A stretch of DNA of 64,000 nt from Polyangiales bacterium. Its GTDB lineage: Bacteria; Myxococcota_A; Polyangia; Polyangiales; Polyangiaceae. A model generated the notes under the pieces. It was not told the DNA's origin, did no database searches, and saw only the letters and a list, made by a program, of their open reading frames with translations. This document shows, piece by piece, positions 8,727 through 17,165 of the stretch. The DNA lies in assembly GCA_038231275.1 (NCBI GenBank), contig JBBRLQ010000008.1:64001-128000 (forward strand). Reading direction: 5' to 3'. Position numbers and translations under genes: made by a program. Numbering within the stretch: the first letter of the stretch is position 1; each line of letters begins with the position of its first letter.

Positions 8727-10838
8727 TCACCGGATGGGAATCTTGCGCTCGCTTCCGCGAAGCGGCGCAGGCGAGGTCGACGTGAAGACGTTCCACCGGT
8801 GCGATCGCAGGACCTCGCACGAGAGGCCGAGGAACAAGGCGCGCAGCACCTCCTCGGGATCCGCCTCGCCGGCGCTCGACATCTGCGCGACGATGCGCGG
8901 CAACGTCGATTTCCCGTCGACCGACAGGAGCACGTTGGCCTCGCGCTCGGGGAGTCGGAACGTCTCGATGCGCACCGGCAGCGGCACCACCGGCTCGATG
9001 ATCTCCTCCTCGAGCGGGCTCAGGATGGCCTCGAGCTCGGCCGCCGGGTAGTTCTCGCGCACGCCGCGCGCGATGAGCTCGAACGGATCGACGCCGAGGG
9101 GGAACGTCTCCTCGTGCGAGCGGACGCCGCGCACGAAGCCGATTTCTCCGCGACGCCACCCGAAGATCTCGACGTAGCGGATCTGCGTCTGCTCGTGGAT
9201 CGCGCGAAAGAGCTCGATCGGGCGCAGGACGCCGAGGCCGACCAGCGCGTCGCCGAGCCGCCCGCCGAAGCGCGGGAGCATCGCGAGCGCCATGTCGACC
9301 TCCATGCGCAGCACCTGCCCGCGCGCGATGAGGTGCTCTCCCAAGAGCTCGCTCTTCTCGGTCGACGCGACGAACTCCGGCACGCCGTCGACGATGTAGA
9401 TCTTCTTTCGCTTCGCGCCGTCGTTCAGCGCGAGCAGGCCGGTCTCGCGTTTCACCGCCACCTGGAAGAGGCGCGACGGCAAGAGGACGCGATCGATCGG
9501 GCCGCGATCGAGCACGTCCTTGGGCATGCCCGGTTCCCACCGGAGCGCGGGGCTCGTGACGAAGCGATGGAGCTCTGGGAACGCGCTGGGACGCTTGTAC
9601 TCCGCCGATTCGCGCGAGATGCGCGTGCCGTCGAAGATGCGGCCCGTCGCGAAGAGCTCGACGAGGCGCGGGTACCCGAGCGGACCGAGCTCGGTGCCGT
9701 CGGTGAGGCGGACGCGGTAAATGTTGGGCGCGACCTCGCGCGTCGAGGGCGGCGCCTCGTCTTCGTCGTCCCCTTCCCCGCCGCCATGGTGCGCGCCGTC
9801 CGGCGCCGACTCACGCAAAGATTGGCGCTCGGCGGCCTCAATGTCGATCGGCGCGGTGAGCCGCTCGCAGGTGTCCTCCTCGTCGGACGTGTCGGAGTTC
9901 GGCGTGAGTCCGAGGCGCTCCACCCACGCGGCGAGCTTGGCCGGCCCCACCTGCATGCGCCGACGCCGGATCACCTCCTCGATGGCCTCGGCGAACGCCG
10001 CGGCCGACGAGTAGCGGAGCGCGGGATCTTTCGCGAGCGCGCGGAAGAGGAGCTGGCGCACGTCGTCGGGGACGGTGACGTTACCGCGCTCGAGGGCGCT
10101 GATGTCGGCGTCGCGAATGCGGAAGAGAACGTCGAGCTCGGTGCCGCCGGAGAAGAGCGGGCGGATCGTGACGAGCTCCGCGAGGACGATGCCGACCGTG
10201 AACAGATCGCTGCGCGCGTCGAGCTCGCGGCCGGTGACCTGCTCGGGGGACATGTACCCGAGCTTTCCCTTGAGCTGCCCCGCCTCGGTGCGCCGCTCGG
10301 TCTCCGCCGCGCGGAAAATGCCGAAGTCGGTGAGCTTCACCGCGCCGCTGCGATCGATGAGCACGTTGCCCGGCGACACGTCGCGGTGCACGAGCGAGAA
10401 GAGGCGACCCTCTTCGTCCCGCAGGTTGTGCGCGTAGTCGAGGCCGCGGAGAACGCTGAGCGCGACGTGGAGCGACACGTCGAGCGGGATCTCTTCCCCG
10501 CGCGCGGCGGCCGCACGAATGAGGCGCGCTCCGGTCGTGCCCTCCACGTACTCCATCGCCATGTAGAGCTCGCCGTCCTGCTCGCCGAAATCGAACACCT
10601 GCACGATGTTCGGATGACTCAAGCGCGCGCACACGCGGGCCTCGTCGACGAACATCGCGAGGAAATCGGAGTCGCGCGCGAGCTGCGGGATGATGCGCTT
10701 TACCGCGACAATCTTCTGGAATCCGTGCGGACCGCCGCGCCGCGCGAGGTACACCTCCGCCATGCCTCCGGTCGCGATACGCTGAACCAGCTCGTACGGA
10801 CCGAGGCGCACCGGGGCGGGGTGCGTGGATGCGCTCAT
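8727..10838 (-). CDS. Ser/Thr protein kinase with C-terminal DUF4388-like domain
   Basis: GGMAEVY, HRDVSPGN, DFG, GKLGYMSPEQ; C-terminal RETGLL..LGEHL..LGDALV..FGW pattern. Confidence 0.9.
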   Translation of the reverse strand: MSASTHPAPVRLGPYELVQRIATGGMAEVYLARRGGPHGFQKIVAVKRIIPQLARDSDFLAMFVDEARVCARLSHPNIVQVFDFGEQDGELYMAMEYVEGTTGARLIRAAAARGEEIPLDVSLHVALSVLRGLDYAHNLRDEEGRLFSLVHRDVSPGNVLIDRSGAVKLTDFGIFRAAETERRTEAGQLKGKLGYMSPEQVTGRELDARSDLFTVGIVLAELVTIRPLFSGGTELDVLFRIRDADISALERGNVTVPDDVRQLLFRALAKDPALRYSSAAAFAEAIEEVIRRRRMQVGPAKLAAWVERLGLTPNSDTSDEEDTCERLTAPIDIEAAERQSLRESAPDGAHHGGGEGDDEDEAPPSTREVAPNIYRVRLTDGTELGPLGYPRLVELFATGRIFDGTRISRESAEYKRPSAFPELHRFVTSPALRWEPGMPKDVLDRGPIDRVLLPSRLFQVAVKRETGLLALNDGAKRKKIYIVDGVPEFVASTEKSELLGEHLIARGQVLRMEVDMALAMLPRFGGRLGDALVGLGVLRPIELFRAIHEQTQIRYVEIFGWRRGEIGFVRGVRSHEETFPLGVDPFELIARGVRENYPAAELEAILSPLEEEIIEPVVPLPVRIETFRLPEREANVLLSVDGKSTLPRIVAQMSSAGEADPEEVLRALFLGLSCEVLRSHRWNVFTSTSPAPLRGSERKIPIR

Positions 10839-10987
10839 CGGGACTCCGAAAGGCTACCATCCCCGCCGCCTCGGGGGGTCAGAAGCGGACCGGCATCGTA
10901 CATGAGGCCTGAAGTCGCCCCACGTGGGACATCCGCGCGCGCAGGTTCCTCGACTCGTCGATTTTGTTGTAGAAAGCGCGAACGGCA

Positions 10988-12013
10988 ATGGCGTCCACGT
11001 CGAAGAAGCTGGCCGAGGCCCACAAGCGCCAGGAGGTCGTCGCGGTGACCGGCGCGGCGTCGTTCCTGGGGGCGAACCTCATCGGCCTGCTGGAGGAGGA
11101 CGATCGGGCGGGGCGGATCGTCGCCGTCGACATCAAGGCACCCCTCACCGCCGGCAAGAAGACGCGGACCTACGAGGTCGACTTCACCCAGCCGACCACC
11201 GAGGCGCGCCTCGCCGAGATCCTGGTCGCGGAGCGTGCCACCACCGTCGTGCACCTCGCGTTTCTGTCGTCGCCGTCGCACGCGAGCGCGTGGGCGCACG
11301 AGCTCGAGAGCGTCGGCACGCGCCACGTCCTCGTCGCGGCGCGCCACGCGCAGGTCCGCAAGCTCGTGATGTGGTCGCAGACGCTCCTCTACGGCGCCGA
11401 TCCGTCGAACCCGAATTTCATCTCGGAGCGCCAACCCCTCCGCGCCGCGCCGGGAGAGTCGTACTTCCGCGACAAGATCGAGGCCGAGCAAGAGGCGGAG
11501 AAATTCGGCCAGCGCGCGCAAGGGAGCATCGTGACGATCCTGCGCACTGCGCCGATCCTCGGGCCCACCGTGCACAACTACGTCACGCGCTACCTCTCGC
11601 AGAAGCTCGTGCCGACGATGATGGGGTTCGATCCGCTCCTGCAGTTCGTTCACGAGATCGACGCGATCGCCGCGTTCAAGCTCGCCGTCGATCGCGATCT
11701 GCCCGGCACGTACAACATCGTCGGCGACGGCGTCTTGCCGCTCTCGACGGTCATCAAGCTCGCCGGGCGCATCGCCGTGCCCATCCCCCACCCCCTCGCC
11801 GAGTCGCTCTGCGCGATGGGCTGGATCGCGCAGCTCGCCGAGGCGCCGCCGGCGTTCCTCAAGTACCTGCGCTTCCTCTGCGTGGCCGACGGCGCGAAGG
11901 CGCGCGACAAGATGGGGTTCCGCGCGGCCTACACGACGCGCGAGGCGCTCATCGATTTCACGAGCGCGCAGCGCCTGCGCGACGTGAAGCTGCTGCAGGA
12001 GACCCCGGCATGA
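10988..12013 (+). CDS. NAD-dependent epimerase/dehydratase (extended SDR)
   Basis: VTGAASFLG Rossmann motif, YxxxK (YFRDK), QFVHEID. Confidence 0.88.
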   Translation: MASTSKKLAEAHKRQEVVAVTGAASFLGANLIGLLEEDDRAGRIVAVDIKAPLTAGKKTRTYEVDFTQPTTEARLAEILVAERATTVVHLAFLSSPSHASAWAHELESVGTRHVLVAARHAQVRKLVMWSQTLLYGADPSNPNFISERQPLRAAPGESYFRDKIEAEQEAEKFGQRAQGSIVTILRTAPILGPTVHNYVTRYLSQKLVPTMMGFDPLLQFVHEIDAIAAFKLAVDRDLPGTYNIVGDGVLPLSTVIKLAGRIAVPIPHPLAESLCAMGWIAQLAEAPPAFLKYLRFLCVADGAKARDKMGFRAAYTTREALIDFTSAQRLRDVKLLQETPA

Positions 12014-13512
12014 GCGGCGACGAGAAGTCCGGAAAGCCTGGAAAAGCCGGCAAATCGGGCAAGACGAAGAAGCCGCGGCCCTCGAAGGAGGCGCGCCCCA
12101 CCAAGGAAGCGACGCCGCTGGCGAAGAAGCCCGCGGCCGCAGTAACCGCGCCAACCACGAAGCGATCCGGCGCCGTGAGCGCTTCCCAGGTGCGCGCCGA
12201 CCTGCCGCCCGACGTGCCGAGCGCGGCCGATTCGCTCGCCGCCGCGAAGGCGTTCCTCATCGGGGCGCCGGCGAAGAAGAGCGCTCCCAAGAAGCCGCCG
12301 CGCGCCGCTGCACCGAAGATGGCGACACCGAAGACGATCGAGGTCGCGGAGGATCCCGAGAGCGACGAGCTCGATCGGATGGAGACGATTCCGGTGCCGC
12401 GCGTCGAGAAGACGCCGGAGGTCGACTCCGCCGCGCCGACCCCGCTCATTCCGCGCGACGCGCCTTCCGGGGAGCGCATCGCCGACGAGATCCGTGCGCT
12501 CGAGGAGCGCCTCGATCGGATGATCGACGAAGCCTCGCAGCGTCACCTCCCCACCGCCGACGTCCCGCCGACCCCGCCGCCGCCCTCGTATTCGCCTCCG
12601 TCGATCCCGCCGCCGGCCGCCTCGTCGCGCGCGGTCGACGGCGCCGGCGAGACCGTCTTCGACACCGCGCGCGAGCTCCTCTCGACGGACTTTTACCTCC
12701 GCAAGTGGGGGCGCATGGGCATGCGCAACCGCTCGGAGGAGGTCGACGACTTCGGCTTCGATCCCGTCTACGAGCACAAGGTCCGCGGCGCGTTCAATTT
12801 CTTGTACGAGAAATATTTCCGCGTCGAGTGCGAGGGCATCGACAAGATCCCCGCCGAAGGGCGCTGCCTCCTCGTGTCGAACCACTCGGGCACGCTCCCG
12901 TTCGACGGGATCATGCTGAAGACCGCGGTGAAGCGCGAGCACCCGAAGCAGCGCGACGTGCGGTGGCTCGCCGAGGATTTCATCTTCCACTTCCCGTTCC
13001 TGGGCGCGTTCTCGAACCGCGTCGGCGCCGTGCGCGCGTGCCAGGAGAACGCCGAGCGGCTGCTTCGCCAGGAGGCGCTCGTCGCTGTTTTTCCCGAGGG
13101 CGTGAAGGGAATCGGCAAGCTCTGGAAGCAGCGCTACCAGCTCCAGCGCTTCGGCCGCGGCGGCTTCATCAAGCTGTGCCTTCGGACGCAGACGCCGATC
13201 GTTCCGGTGGCCGTGGTCGGCGCGGAGGAGACGAACCCGCTTCTTTTCCGTGTGGAAGTGCTCTCGAAGGTGCTCGGCTTGCCGTACCTGCCGGTGACGC
13301 CGACGTTTCCCGCGCTCGGCCTCCTCGGCCTGGCACCGGCGCCGACGAAGTGGCGCATCCTGTTCGGGGACGTCATCACGCTCGATGGCTACGGCGCCGA
13401 GGCGGCGGACGACGAGATCCTGGTGGGACGCCTCGCGGAGCGCGTGCGCGCGACGATCCAGGCGATGCTCGACCGCGCCGTCGGCGAGCGACGGAGCGTC
13501 TGGTTCGGCTGA
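12010..13512 (+). CDS. Lysophospholipid acyltransferase (PlsC-like) with long low-complexity N-terminus
   Basis: NHSGxxxxD and FPEG motifs; ATGA overlap with the SDR gene. Confidence 0.88.
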   Translation: MSGDEKSGKPGKAGKSGKTKKPRPSKEARPTKEATPLAKKPAAAVTAPTTKRSGAVSASQVRADLPPDVPSAADSLAAAKAFLIGAPAKKSAPKKPPRAAAPKMATPKTIEVAEDPESDELDRMETIPVPRVEKTPEVDSAAPTPLIPRDAPSGERIADEIRALEERLDRMIDEASQRHLPTADVPPTPPPPSYSPPSIPPPAASSRAVDGAGETVFDTARELLSTDFYLRKWGRMGMRNRSEEVDDFGFDPVYEHKVRGAFNFLYEKYFRVECEGIDKIPAEGRCLLVSNHSGTLPFDGIMLKTAVKREHPKQRDVRWLAEDFIFHFPFLGAFSNRVGAVRACQENAERLLRQEALVAVFPEGVKGIGKLWKQRYQLQRFGRGGFIKLCLRTQTPIVPVAVVGAEETNPLLFRVEVLSKVLGLPYLPVTPTFPALGLLGLAPAPTKWRILFGDVITLDGYGAEAADDEILVGRLAERVRATIQAMLDRAVGERRSVWFG

Positions 13513-13528
13513 GAGGTATGCTGATCGC

Positions 13529-14458
13529 GTGGCAACGACGCCCGTGGGAGTCCTCGTCATCGACAAGCCGCGCGGGCCGACCAGCCACGACGTGGTCGCG
13601 CGCCTGCGCAAGAAGCTCCACACGCGCGAGATCGGGCACGCGGGCACGCTCGATCCGATGGCCACCGGCGTCCTCGTCCTCGCGATCGGCGAGGCCACGA
13701 AGCTCGCGCCGTACCTGACCGCCGCCGACAAGCGCTACGAGGCGACGCTCGCGCTCGGCGTCGAGACCGACACCCTCGACGCAGAGGGTCGCGAGGTCGC
13801 GCGCGTGCCGATCTCCGACGGGACGCGCATGGCGCTCGAGCGAATTCGTTCGGGCGAGGTGCCGGCGGAGCTCCTTGGCGCGATCGGCGTCGAGGCAGCG
13901 CGCACGAGCCAAATCCCGCCGGCGTTCAGCGCGATCAAGCAAGACGGCGAGGCCTCGTACGCGAAGGCGCGCCGCGGCGAGGCGACGGTCCACGAGGCGC
14001 GGCCTGTGCGCGTGCACGCGATCAAGCTGCTCGACGGAGGTGTGGAGCCCTCGCCGTACCTGGCGATCGCGCTGCACGTGAGCAAGGGCTACTACGTCCG
14101 CTCGCTCGCGCGCGACATCGCCGCCGGCCTCGGGACCGTCGCGCACCTGACGGCGCTCCGCCGCACCGCGTCCGGAAATTTCACGCTCGCCGAAGCGCTC
14201 CCGCTCGATACTTCCGGCGAGGAGCTCGAGGCGCGCATCATCCCGCTCGCACGCGCCGCCGAGCGCGCGCTCCCGCACGTCGTGCTCACCGATCACGCGG
14301 TCCGCGAGGCCCGCTTCGGGCGCCCGGTGCCGCTGGAAGACGGAACGGACCTGCCCGCCGGCCCCCACGCCTGGTTCGACGCCGGAGGCAGGTTGGTGGC
14401 GATCGGAGAGCGCGATCCGGAAGGCGTAGGCCACGTTCTCCGCGGATTTCAGCCCTAA
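13529..14458 (+). CDS. truB: tRNA pseudouridine(55) synthase
   Basis: IDKPRGPTSHDVV, GHAGTLDPMATG, SKGYYVRSLARD, LRRTASG; GTG start. Confidence 0.95.
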   Translation: MATTPVGVLVIDKPRGPTSHDVVARLRKKLHTREIGHAGTLDPMATGVLVLAIGEATKLAPYLTAADKRYEATLALGVETDTLDAEGREVARVPISDGTRMALERIRSGEVPAELLGAIGVEAARTSQIPPAFSAIKQDGEASYAKARRGEATVHEARPVRVHAIKLLDGGVEPSPYLAIALHVSKGYYVRSLARDIAAGLGTVAHLTALRRTASGNFTLAEALPLDTSGEELEARIIPLARAAERALPHVVLTDHAVREARFGRPVPLEDGTDLPAGPHAWFDAGGRLVAIGERDPEGVGHVLRGFQP

Positions 14459-14573
14459 ATCAGGTTCAAAAGGGTCTACCCAAACTTTCTCTGCTACTGG
14501 GCAGCCCTGCCGTGTGTCTCCCTCATGCCACGTCGCAACGCTTGCGACTGAGCTTACTCGCAAGGAGACGATC

Positions 14574-14993
14574 ATGGTCTTTGTGTCCACCATCATTGGT
14601 GTTTTGGGCGGCATTCTCGCGATGTCGTCGCTCTTCGTCGGGCGCTCGGCCCAGGCCGCGGCGCAGCTGGAGAAGCTGGCCAAGTATCAAGGCTGGATTG
14701 GCCTCACGATGTTCGGTTGGGGTGTGTGGGAGCTGATTGAGACGGTTCTCGGGATGGGCCTGCTCGGCCAGCGTCCGATCCTCTGGATTTTCTGGCTCGC
14801 GATGGCCGTCGCCGATTTCTCGGTCGGCCTCATCCTCGGCTTCGGGCTCATCGCCACGTACGCGCTGCGCGGCAACGCGACGGCGATCGAGAAGGGCAAC
14901 CGCCTGCGCGCGGGCCTCGTGAAGTTCCAGGTGCCGCTCGGCATCCTCGCGATCGTCACGTCGCTCGGCTACACGGCGTTCAACTTCGTCTGA
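14574..14993 (+). CDS. Small four-helix membrane protein, unknown function
   Basis: AAGGAG RBS before ATG; four hydrophobic segments. Confidence 0.7.
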   Translation: MVFVSTIIGVLGGILAMSSLFVGRSAQAAAQLEKLAKYQGWIGLTMFGWGVWELIETVLGMGLLGQRPILWIFWLAMAVADFSVGLILGFGLIATYALRGNATAIEKGNRLRAGLVKFQVPLGILAIVTSLGYTAFNFV

Positions 14994-15015
14994 TCGCTCT
15001 CGAGACGGGGCGACT

Positions 15016-15807
15016 TCAGCCCAGGAACGCGCGGAGCGAGACGTCCATCTGGCTCTCGATGAGCCTGAGGATGCTGTCGAGCTCGTTGCGATCGACGCGG
15101 AGGCGAGCCCCGAGCTCCCTCCGCGTCTCCTTGGCGAGACCCGCGCGCGCGCCCTCCATCCACCGCACCACCGTGATGCGGTGGACCTGGTAGATGCCGC
15201 CGATCGCCTCCATCGTGAGGCCGTCGAGGTAGTGCTGCCGGAGGAGGTTTCGCGGGCGCGCGTCGAGCGCGCCGAGCGCGGCGGTGAAGGCCTCGCGAAA
15301 CTCGGTGCGGTATTTCTTCTTCAGGTGATCGATCTCGAGATCACCGGATGCGCGCTCGGCGAGGGCGCGGTTCTCGTCGAGCGCGACCTCGTGCTTCTTT
15401 CCGCGCTCGAGGTTCAGCGCGACGCGGACGGCGGCGACGCGCAGCCAGCCCGAGAGGCCACCGCGACCCGTGAAATCCCCTATTTTTACCCGCCCCGTCG
15501 CGTCGGGGACGAGGAGCTTGTCGCGGAGGTGCTGGACGATTTCGGCGGCGTCGTTGCGATGGCGGGCCGGAAGAGCGTGAACGACGCGCGTGAGGTACTC
15601 GGCGTCGAGCGCGCGCAAGGCCGCGACGTCCCCCTGCACGCACGCGAACGAGAGGGCGAGATCGCCTGCGTGGTCGGGCGACGCTTCGAGGCGCTCCGGC
15701 CGCTCCTGCAGGTACGCGGCGAACGCCGCATCGTCGAGGGCGAGAGCAGGGCGCGCGGCGCGGGCCGCCTCGCAGATCTTTTGGGCTCGGGTGGCCGCGG
15801 CGTCCAT
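15016..15807 (-). CDS. Myxococcales-type ECF-like sigma-70 factor
   Basis: DLALSFACxxGD, FTGRGGLSGWLRVAAVR (region 2), LLRQHYLDGLT..IG..YQVHRITVVRW (region 4 HTH). Confidence 0.8.
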   Translation of the reverse strand: MDAAATRAQKICEAARAARPALALDDAAFAAYLQERPERLEASPDHAGDLALSFACVQGDVAALRALDAEYLTRVVHALPARHRNDAAEIVQHLRDKLLVPDATGRVKIGDFTGRGGLSGWLRVAAVRVALNLERGKKHEVALDENRALAERASGDLEIDHLKKKYRTEFREAFTAALGALDARPRNLLRQHYLDGLTMEAIGGIYQVHRITVVRWMEGARAGLAKETRRELGARLRVDRNELDSILRLIESQMDVSLRAFLG

Positions 15808-15844
15808 CCGGTGTCCATCGTAGCGTACGGAAGGACGGGGAGCG

Positions 15845-16009
15845 ATGAACTGTCTCGACGACGAGACCGTCCTCGCGCTGCTCGACGGGCAGCTGGGGGA
15901 CGCGAGGCTGCGTGACGTCGACGGTCACATCGACGGATGCCCGACGTGCCGGCGCCTGCTTTCGAGCCTGGCCGAAGACACGCCGGACGAGGAGCCCGCA
16001 TCCACCTGA
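15845..16009 (+). CDS. 54-aa zf-HC2 (ZAS-like) zinc-binding anti-sigma-like peptide
   Basis: Translated by hand: MNCLDDETVLALLDGQLGDARLRDVDGHIDGCPTCRRLLSSLAEDTPDEEPAST; HxxxCxxC; GGAG RBS; divergent from the sigma factor. Confidence 0.75.
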   Translation: MNCLDDETVLALLDGQLGDARLRDVDGHIDGCPTCRRLLSSLAEDTPDEEPAST

Positions 16010-16017
16010 GTCGGCGC

Positions 16018-17070
16018 CTACTTCTTCGCGATCTTCGCGAGGAGATCTTTGGCCGCGCCGGCCTTGGCCCCGGTGGGCGCGAGCTTCAAGTAGGTCTCGA
16101 GCTCGGTCTTCGCGTCTTTCGTCGCGCCGGCCTGGAGCTTCATCGCGCCGAGCCAGTAGTGACCGAGCGCGTAGTTCGGCTCCTTGGTCACTGCGGCCTG
16201 GAAGTCGGCGGTCGCGCCCGTCTTGTCCTTCGACGCGAGCTTGCAGAGCCCGCGCTCGGTGCGAAGCTCGGCGGCGTCCTTCAGCGCGATCGCCTTGTCG
16301 AACGTCGGCACGCACTCGTTCACTGCGCGGAGCAAGAGGAAGGAGTGACCGATCGTCGCGAGCATCGAGACGTCCCCCTCGGCGAGGCCGCGCGCGGTCT
16401 TCAGCTTCGCGACGGCCTGATCGGTCTGTCCCCACTCGGCGAGGCGATCGGCGTACGTGACGAGCGGCATCGCCTGCTTCGGCGCGAGGCGCGCGGCGTC
16501 GTCGAACTCCTTCGCGCTGCCGGCCTGATCTTTTTTTCCGGCGAGCGCGACGGCGAGGTTCAAGTGGAGGAGCGCGTTGTCCTTGTGCTTGTCGAGCGCG
16601 GCGCGGCACGTCTTCTCCGCGTCTTCCCAGCGCTGCGCGTCGAGCTGGAGGGCGCCGAGGTTCACTGCCGCCACTTCGTGATCGGGCTTTGCCTTGAGGG
16701 CGTCCTTGTAGGCCTTCTCGGCGCCGGCTTTGTCGCCGAGGCCTTCGAGCGCCATCGCGAGGAGAGCGAGCGCGTCGCCGTCCTTCGGGTTCTTCTTGAG
16801 CGCGCTCTCCGCGAAGCCCTTGGCGCCGGCGGCGTCGCCTGCTTCGAGCGCCTTGGTCCCTTTTGCGACGTCGGCGGAGAGCGCGGCATCGGGCGCCGGC
16901 GTGGGATCGGGAGGCGTGTCCGTCTTGGGACCACCGAGGCCGCTCATCGACGGCGGCAGGCGCGGCGGCGAGGTCGGTCCGGAAGGATCAGGCCCGTCGG
17001 CGGGCTTCGGTCCTCCTCCACACGCACCGAGAAGAAGCGCCGACGCGACGATCGCTCTCTTGAATCCCAT
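16018..17070 (-). CDS. TPR-repeat lipoprotein
   Basis: Lipobox LGAC; multiple TPR-like helical repeats; GGAGG RBS. Confidence 0.85.
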   Translation of the reverse strand: MGFKRAIVASALLLGACGGGPKPADGPDPSGPTSPPRLPPSMSGLGGPKTDTPPDPTPAPDAALSADVAKGTKALEAGDAAGAKGFAESALKKNPKDGDALALLAMALEGLGDKAGAEKAYKDALKAKPDHEVAAVNLGALQLDAQRWEDAEKTCRAALDKHKDNALLHLNLAVALAGKKDQAGSAKEFDDAARLAPKQAMPLVTYADRLAEWGQTDQAVAKLKTARGLAEGDVSMLATIGHSFLLLRAVNECVPTFDKAIALKDAAELRTERGLCKLASKDKTGATADFQAAVTKEPNYALGHYWLGAMKLQAGATKDAKTELETYLKLAPTGAKAGAAKDLLAKIAKK

Positions 17071-17165
17071 GGCGCGCATCCTCCCGCGCTTGGACCCGCC
17101 GATCCACTCCTACTTTGGGCTCAATTTCCCTGGGTTTCGGCGCGATGGCCGACGCGCTCGAAATT

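Noticed and set aside
7024-9540. N-terminally extended ORF calls (also 10924-13512, 2766-4787, 40952-43246, 37038-39287, 43488-45029)
   Set aside because: The extensions overlap other real genes; internal starts with stop/start coupling, an RBS or a signal peptide fit better
10310-10330. DFGIFR instead of the usual DFGIAR in the kinase as a sign of a pseudokinase
   Set aside because: Catalytic Lys, HRD, Asn and DFG are all intact
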